DNA from: Candidatus Nanoarchaeia archaeon
GTDB taxonomy: Archaea > Nanobdellota > Nanobdellia > SCGC-AAA011-G17 > GW2011-AR18
Length of the DNA: 48,609 bases
NCBI GenBank assembly: GCA_035655455.1
Contig: DASRUL010000006.1
Span: 1 to 48,609 of the forward strand
Direction: 5' to 3'
The notes below the pieces were generated by a model. The model saw only the letters and a list, made by a program, of their open reading frames with translations. It was not told where the DNA came from and made no database searches. Both the position numbers and the translations under genes were made by a program. Below are positions 43,771 to 48,609 of this stretch, piece by piece. Position 1 is the first letter of the stretch. Every line of letters begins with the position of its first letter.

Positions 43771-44871
43771 CTACAACTCTTTCGCGAATTCTTTCATGCG
43801 CTGCAACAATGTTTTTTTCTCCTCAGTTTTTTTCAACTCCTCAAACAACATCCGCTGCTCCCTCGAAAGCCTCTTTGGCGTTACAATGTTCACAATAACA
43901 TACAAATCACCCCTTCCAGAGCTATGCAGATGGGGAACACCCTTTCCAGCAATCCTAAAACGCGTCCCAGCCTGCGTGCCAGAAGGAATTTTCAAGACAA
44001 CCTCCTTCTCCAACGTCGGAACCTCAACAGACTCACCCAACGCAGCCTGACTAAACATCAACGGTATCTCCAAGAACAAGTCATTCCCCTCACGCCTAAA
44101 CAACTCGTGATCCTCAACGCTCAACACCACATACAAATCACCAGCACGAGCGCCATGCGGACCAGCCTCTCCTTCTCCCCTTATCCTCAGCTGCGTCCCC
44201 TCATCGACGCCAGCAGGAATCGTCACAGTAATTGTTTTTTCCCTTCCCACACGACCCTCACCACGACACGCCCGACAAGGCGCAGCAGCAGCACTTCCAG
44301 CACCAAGACATGTTTTGCACGTCGTAATCTGAGAAAACATTCCAAAGGGCGTGCGCTGCACCTTCTGCTGCTGGCCAGTACCACTACAACTCGAACAGGT
44401 TTCTAACTTCCCACCTTCAGCGCCAGTAGCCTCACACGCTTCACAAGGATCCAACTTTTCCACCGTAAGTTCCTTCTTCATCCCGAACGCAGCCTCCTTA
44501 AAACTGATTTCCAGATCATATCTCAAGTCTCTTCCCTGGCGCTGCCTTCCTCCCCTTCCACCAAAAAACATGTCAAAAATATCGTTCCCAAACAAGTCCT
44601 CAAACCCTGAAAAATTAAAATTCCTAAAAATATCCTCTTGGGAATAACGCTGATGAAAGGTAGCATCCCCAAACTGATCGTACTGCGCCCTCTTCGCATC
44701 ATCACCCAAAACAGCGTACGCCTCAGAAATCTTTTTGAATTTTTCCTCAGCACCAGCGTCCTTACTCACATCAGGATGATACTTCTTCGCCAAATTCTTG
44801 TAGGCTTTCTTAATCTCCTCCTTCGCCGCAGTCTTACTGACCCCTAACGTTTCATAGTAGTCGTTCGCCAT
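43771..44871 (-). CDS. dnaJ: chaperone DnaJ (type I)
   Basis: The J-domain has KKYHPD. It also has a G/F region and four CxxCxGxG repeats ([32 protein letters not shown]). Confidence 0.95.
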   Translation of the reverse strand: MANDYYETLGVSKTAAKEEIKKAYKNLAKKYHPDVSKDAGAEEKFKKISEAYAVLGDDAKRAQYDQFGDATFHQRYSQEDIFRNFNFSGFEDLFGNDIFDMFFGGRGGRQRQGRDLRYDLEISFKEAAFGMKKELTVEKLDPCEACEATGAEGGKLETCSSCSGTGQQQKVQRTPFGMFSQITTCKTCLGAGSAAAAPCRACRGEGRVGREKTITVTIPAGVDEGTQLRIRGEGEAGPHGARAGDLYVVLSVEDHELFRREGNDLFLEIPLMFSQAALGESVEVPTLEKEVVLKIPSGTQAGTRFRIAGKGVPHLHSSGRGDLYVIVNIVTPKRLSREQRMLFEELKKTEEKKTLLQRMKEFAKEL

Positions 44872-44900
44872 GAGAATAAAAAAGGAACATGATAGGGTTT

Positions 44901-46721
44901 TTATGCGTTTTCCCCACCCTTATCCACGACTTCAGCGTCCACAACGTTCTCATCTTTCTTTCCACGCTCTTTTTCCTGCTTCTTCGCCGCCTCTTGATAG
45001 AGCTTCGTTGTCGCTTCCTGCACCTTTTTGTTGATCTCTTCTATTTTTTTCTTCATCTTTTCAGTCTCATCTTTTTGGATCAACTCCCTCAACTCTTTCT
45101 TGTCCTTCTCCAGCTCGTCAAGCAGCCTGTCCTCGACCTTTCCCTTCAAGTCAGCGCTTGTCTTCTCAAGCGTGTAGACCAGCGTATCAGCTTGATTCTT
45201 GAGTTCAGCCTTCTCCTTCTTCCTCTTGTCCTCGTCACCATACTGCTTGGCATCCTTTGCCATCCGCTCAATCTCACCCTGATCAAGCTTCTGAGAGGCA
45301 GTAATCCTAATGCTCTGCTCCCTTCCAGTGCCAATATCCTTCGCACCCACATGCACAATGCCATTCGCGTCAATGTCAAACGTGACTTCAACCTGCGGAA
45401 TACCTCTTGGCGCGGGAGGAATACCCACAAGATCAAACCTTCCCAAGCTCTTATTATCAGCAGCCATCTCACGCTCACCCTGCAAGACATGAATGGTAAC
45501 CGCATTCTGGTTGTCCTCAGCTGTTGAAAAAATTTGACTCTTCTTCGTGGGAATGGTCGTGTTTCTCTGAATAATCTGAGTTCTAATCCCCCCAAGCGTC
45601 TCGATACCCAATGTTAAGGGGGTTACATCCAGCAAGAGAATGTCCTTCACTTCCCCAGCCAACACTCCCGCCTGAACCGCAGCACCAAACGCCACACACT
45701 CCATCGGATCAATGCCGCGCTCTGCTTTCTTCCCAAGAAGATCCTCAACAAATTTTTTTACTATAGGCATGCGCGTTGGGCCTCCCACAAGAATAACTTT
45801 ATGAATATCCGCAGACTCCATCTTCGCATCCTTCAAGGCCTGCAAGACCGGCTTCTTGCACCTTTGCACAATCGGATCAACAATCCGCTCAAGCTCCGCC
45901 CTTGTCAGTTTCATCCTTAAATTCTTACTTCCACTAATAAAAGGCAGATTAATCTCAGTCTCCTGCATCGTCGACAACTCAATCTTCGCACGTTCAGCTG
46001 CCTCCCTAATCCTCTGCACCGCAGTCTTATCATCATTCAGATCAACACCCTCCTGCTGCTCAAAGGTTTTCAAAATATGATTCATCACCACAAGATCCAT
46101 GTCAGTCCCACCAAGCTGCGTGTCACCAGATGTAGACTTCACCTCAAACACCCCATCACCAAGCTCCATCATCGTGACATCAAGCGTTCCACCGCCAAGG
46201 TCAAACACAAGAATCTTCGCCTCCTTATCCTGCTTGTCCAAGCCATACGCCAACGAAGCAGCAGTCGGCTCGTTAATAATCCTTACAACCTCCAAACCAG
46301 CAATCGTTCCCGCATCCTTTGTCGCCTGTCTTTGATTGTCATCAAAGTAGGCAGGCACTGTAATGACCGCCTTTTCCACCTTCTCGCCTAAGAACTCCTC
46401 AGCATCCCTCTTAATCTTTTGCAAAATAAACGCAGAAATCTGCTGCGGCGTAAATTCTTTTCCATGAATCTCATACTTGAAACTCGTCCCCATCTTCCTC
46501 TTCGCACTCATCACCGTGCCCTCAGGATTAGAAACAGCCTGCCTTCTCGCCGGCTCACCCACAAACATCTGCCCATCTTTCGCAAACGCAACCACACTTG
46601 GAAACGCCTTTCCATACAAGCTTGTTCCCTCAGCGCTGGGAATTAACACTGGTCTTCCTGCCTGCAGCACTGATGCTGCTGAGTTCGATGTACCTAAATC
46701 AATTCCAATAATCTTTGTCAT
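44901..46721 (-). CDS. dnaK: chaperone DnaK (Hsp70)
   Basis: [19 protein letters not shown] and [11 protein letters not shown] are present. The ATG at 46721 is preceded by GGAGG 9 nt upstream; the track start at 46727 is a GTG. Confidence 0.97.
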   Translation of the reverse strand: MTKIIGIDLGTSNSAASVLQAGRPVLIPSAEGTSLYGKAFPSVVAFAKDGQMFVGEPARRQAVSNPEGTVMSAKRKMGTSFKYEIHGKEFTPQQISAFILQKIKRDAEEFLGEKVEKAVITVPAYFDDNQRQATKDAGTIAGLEVVRIINEPTAASLAYGLDKQDKEAKILVFDLGGGTLDVTMMELGDGVFEVKSTSGDTQLGGTDMDLVVMNHILKTFEQQEGVDLNDDKTAVQRIREAAERAKIELSTMQETEINLPFISGSKNLRMKLTRAELERIVDPIVQRCKKPVLQALKDAKMESADIHKVILVGGPTRMPIVKKFVEDLLGKKAERGIDPMECVAFGAAVQAGVLAGEVKDILLLDVTPLTLGIETLGGIRTQIIQRNTTIPTKKSQIFSTAEDNQNAVTIHVLQGEREMAADNKSLGRFDLVGIPPAPRGIPQVEVTFDIDANGIVHVGAKDIGTGREQSIRITASQKLDQGEIERMAKDAKQYGDEDKRKKEKAELKNQADTLVYTLEKTSADLKGKVEDRLLDELEKDKKELRELIQKDETEKMKKKIEEINKKVQEATTKLYQEAAKKQEKERGKKDENVVDAEVVDKGGENA

Positions 46722-46910
46722 TTTCACATTCCTCCATAGTTTTTACTTTTATAATTTCCAGATTTAGCTTCATACGATACAAGGGCTTTTCCACTATTAT
46801 AGCCTGTAGCTCCTTGGCTGTAACCTTGCGAATAACCTGGACCACCATATCCTTTCTGGCCTGAAGTTCTCACTGGCGTCTGCCTGACTGCGGCTTCCAA
46901 TGAAGTGTTT

Positions 46911-47429
46911 TTATGGGCGTTGCACATTCTCTCTCTCCACTTTCTTTCCTACTTTCACTTTGCTTGTTCTCAAGACCTTGTCCTTGTAGGCGTATCCTTT
47001 CTGCAACTCCTCAATCACCATACCCTCTTCCTGAGCCTCCTGAAAATCAAGGATCTCATGCCTATACGGATCAAACTTTTCGCCAACAGCCTTGATCGGA
47101 ATAACCCCTTCCTCAGCAAGGAGTTTGAGCAACTCCTGGTACATCATCTGCATCCCTTGCGTTAGCGCATCTTTTTGGTCTGCTATTCTCAAAGCACGCT
47201 CAAAATCATCCACAATACCAAGGAGCCGTTGCAAAATACCAGCACTCGCGTACTCCTGACGCTCCCGCCCCTCCTTTTCCATCCTCTTAATATAGTTCTC
47301 AAAATCAGCCTGCAGCCTTTTCAATGTGTTAGTGTACTCTTCCAACTCCTTCTCCTTACCATCTTCAGCCTTCTCTTTAAGTGGCTCCATGGCTGGTTTT
47401 TCCTTCTGTGTCTTTTTGTTTAAAGTCAT
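46911..47429 (-). CDS. grpE: nucleotide exchange factor GrpE
   Basis: LKRLQADFENYIKRMEKE, FDPYRHE and GYAYKDKVLRTSKVKV are present. It is the first gene of the grpE-dnaK-dnaJ operon. Confidence 0.9.
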   Translation of the reverse strand: MTLNKKTQKEKPAMEPLKEKAEDGKEKELEEYTNTLKRLQADFENYIKRMEKEGRERQEYASAGILQRLLGIVDDFERALRIADQKDALTQGMQMMYQELLKLLAEEGVIPIKAVGEKFDPYRHEILDFQEAQEEGMVIEELQKGYAYKDKVLRTSKVKVGKKVERENVQRP

Positions 47430-47597
47430 TTTAGTTTATCTTAAATCAACTATATTATGTTAATAGTAACTTATTTATAAATGTTTCTATTTTGGGGGTG
47501 GTGTGTAGAGTCCCAATTTCTTTCCCGCCTTAAAATCCTATCCAACCTGTTAGACTATCTTCCAACCCCTATCAGAAGATAAGACACTTCAAGAATT

Positions 47598-48203
47598 CTA
47601 CCACTCCACCAGCTTTCCAGCATCCACTTCAAGAGGATCAGCCTTCCTCAACCTTCTCGCCTGTTTTTTACTCACCACTTTGTAATGCCTCGCCCCAACC
47701 AAGTACTCAGGGACAAACCACACTTCTTGCTCGTTTGTCATCCAATTCAACTTATCAAACCTGGCCAGATCCACAGGCAAAGAATACCGCCTCAACGTCT
47801 TCTTTCCACTATCCAAAAAATACTCATGAAAATAACTCATCACCAACTCACGAATCGTTCTATACACCGGCTCTCGATACCTCAGCATGGCGTGATTGGT
47901 TTTGCTTATCGCACCCCAACACCCCTTCTTCTTAAATAAAGCAACAACATGATCCTGATCCTCTTTTGTCGCACTCAAGTCCAGAACCAAGGGCCTCTGA
48001 CCATGTACCCTCAACGCCAACGCGGCAAGCATCGCACCCTCAACACAATGCGCCCTTCTTTCTCTTAAGACACACCGCGGAGAAAGACAAGTGTCACCAT
48101 CTTCCTCAAAATTAATCGAAATCTTGTTCAAAAAATCCTGGACCTTCCTCGGCGTATTTAACTTTTTCAGAACAAGCAACTCCTCTTTTGTTAATCCGAA
48201 CAT
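47598..48203 (-). CDS. transglutaminase-like / papain-fold hypothetical protein
   Basis: 201 aa. A candidate Cys-His pair sits in RRAHCVEGAMLAALALRVHG ... DHVVALFKKKGCWGAISKTNH, resembling transglutaminase-like cores. This is a fold-level guess only. Confidence 0.4.
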   Translation of the reverse strand: MFGLTKEELLVLKKLNTPRKVQDFLNKISINFEEDGDTCLSPRCVLRERRAHCVEGAMLAALALRVHGQRPLVLDLSATKEDQDHVVALFKKKGCWGAISKTNHAMLRYREPVYRTIRELVMSYFHEYFLDSGKKTLRRYSLPVDLARFDKLNWMTNEQEVWFVPEYLVGARHYKVVSKKQARRLRKADPLEVDAGKLVEW

Positions 48204-48365
48204 AAGTATTTCTTATTTTTAACATTTTAAAAAGGTTTAGGAAGCCACCGAGGAGTGTCACGCCATTTTGACGGGTTCTTTTTGCATTAATGTTTTCGAA
48301 TATAAGAGTATGCCTTTACTTTTATTTAAACTCAACCCTGCTGCTCAAAGGTAGCAACATTCTTT

Positions 48366-48609
48366 TTATGTTGTAGAGCACGTTCCATCTGGAGAACGAG
48401 TTATTAAACCAATATGAATATCTTCAGTTTTCTTAAAATAAGAATGACTACTTATCGCCCTTATCGTTGCAAAAGATTTAATCTCAGCTTCTGGAAAAGC
48501 CTCACTCACTAAATCCGCACAACCTAAAAATGTTGACCCTCTGGTTATTACATCATCAACCAACACTATCTTTTCAGGTCTTTCAATTTTTGGATTAACA
48601 CGAATCGTT
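48366..48609 (-). CDS. phosphoribosyltransferase-domain protein (5' end outside the window)
   Basis: The PRPP-binding loop is (I)VLVDDVITRGSTF. The frame stays open upstream to the window edge. Confidence 0.7.
   Translation of the reverse strand, partial: TIRVNPKIERPEKIVLVDDVITRGSTFLGCADLVSEAFPEAEIKSFATIRAISSHSYFKKTEDIHIGLITRSPDGTCSTT

Noticed and set aside
1-48609. CRISPR arrays, cas genes, reverse transcriptase/DGR repeats, transposases or integrases.
   Set aside because: I saw no regularly spaced direct repeats and no ORF with RT (YxDD), DDE transposase or tyrosine/serine recombinase motifs on reading the translations.

Overview
This 48.6 kb window looks like an archaeal chromosomal segment. 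All calls come from reading the sequence and ORF translations by eye; no homology search, HMM, tRNA or structure tool was run. Archaeal markers are TFB, Orc1/Cdc6, aIF5A, an Sm-like protein, ribosomal proteins L37e, S8e and L40e, two intron-containing tRNAs, and TTTATATA-type TATA boxes about 25-30 nt upstream of many start codons. The gene content is most consistent with a small-genome DPANN-type archaeon, but that is an inference. Housekeeping genes include ftsZ, grpE-dnaK-dnaJ, Fe/Mn SOD, a glutaredoxin-like protein, a DUF1858-IscA fusion, FKBP, TatD, an M50 site-2 protease, Ogg-type glycosylase, two NUDIX hydrolases, 2-oxoacid dehydrogenase E1 alpha/beta, rhodanese and Toprim proteins. The main candidate for a new system is an 11.25 kb operon at 10180-21429. 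It has four translationally coupled genes (ATGA overlaps) encoding 711, 1732, 1053 and 254 aa. The first protein has an archaeal prepilin-like (class III) signal. The next two have Sec-type signals and Cys-rich modules. The third carries a GH23/SLT lytic-transglycosylase motif set, and the fourth is polytopic. Two convergent tRNA genes bracket the operon, and low-GC toxin-antitoxin modules flank it. A second unusual signal is compositional. Third-codon positions follow the plus strand (C/A-rich) whatever the gene orientation, except in two ~2.4 kb blocks (about 4150-6640 and 18270-20722) where the bias flips. Both flips begin inside intact ORFs. Other points are a non-canonical T-arm intron in tRNA-Val, about 51 nt of extra sequence in the anticodon arm of tRNA-Leu, and a FlaI/PilB-type ATPase reduced to its N-terminal domain.
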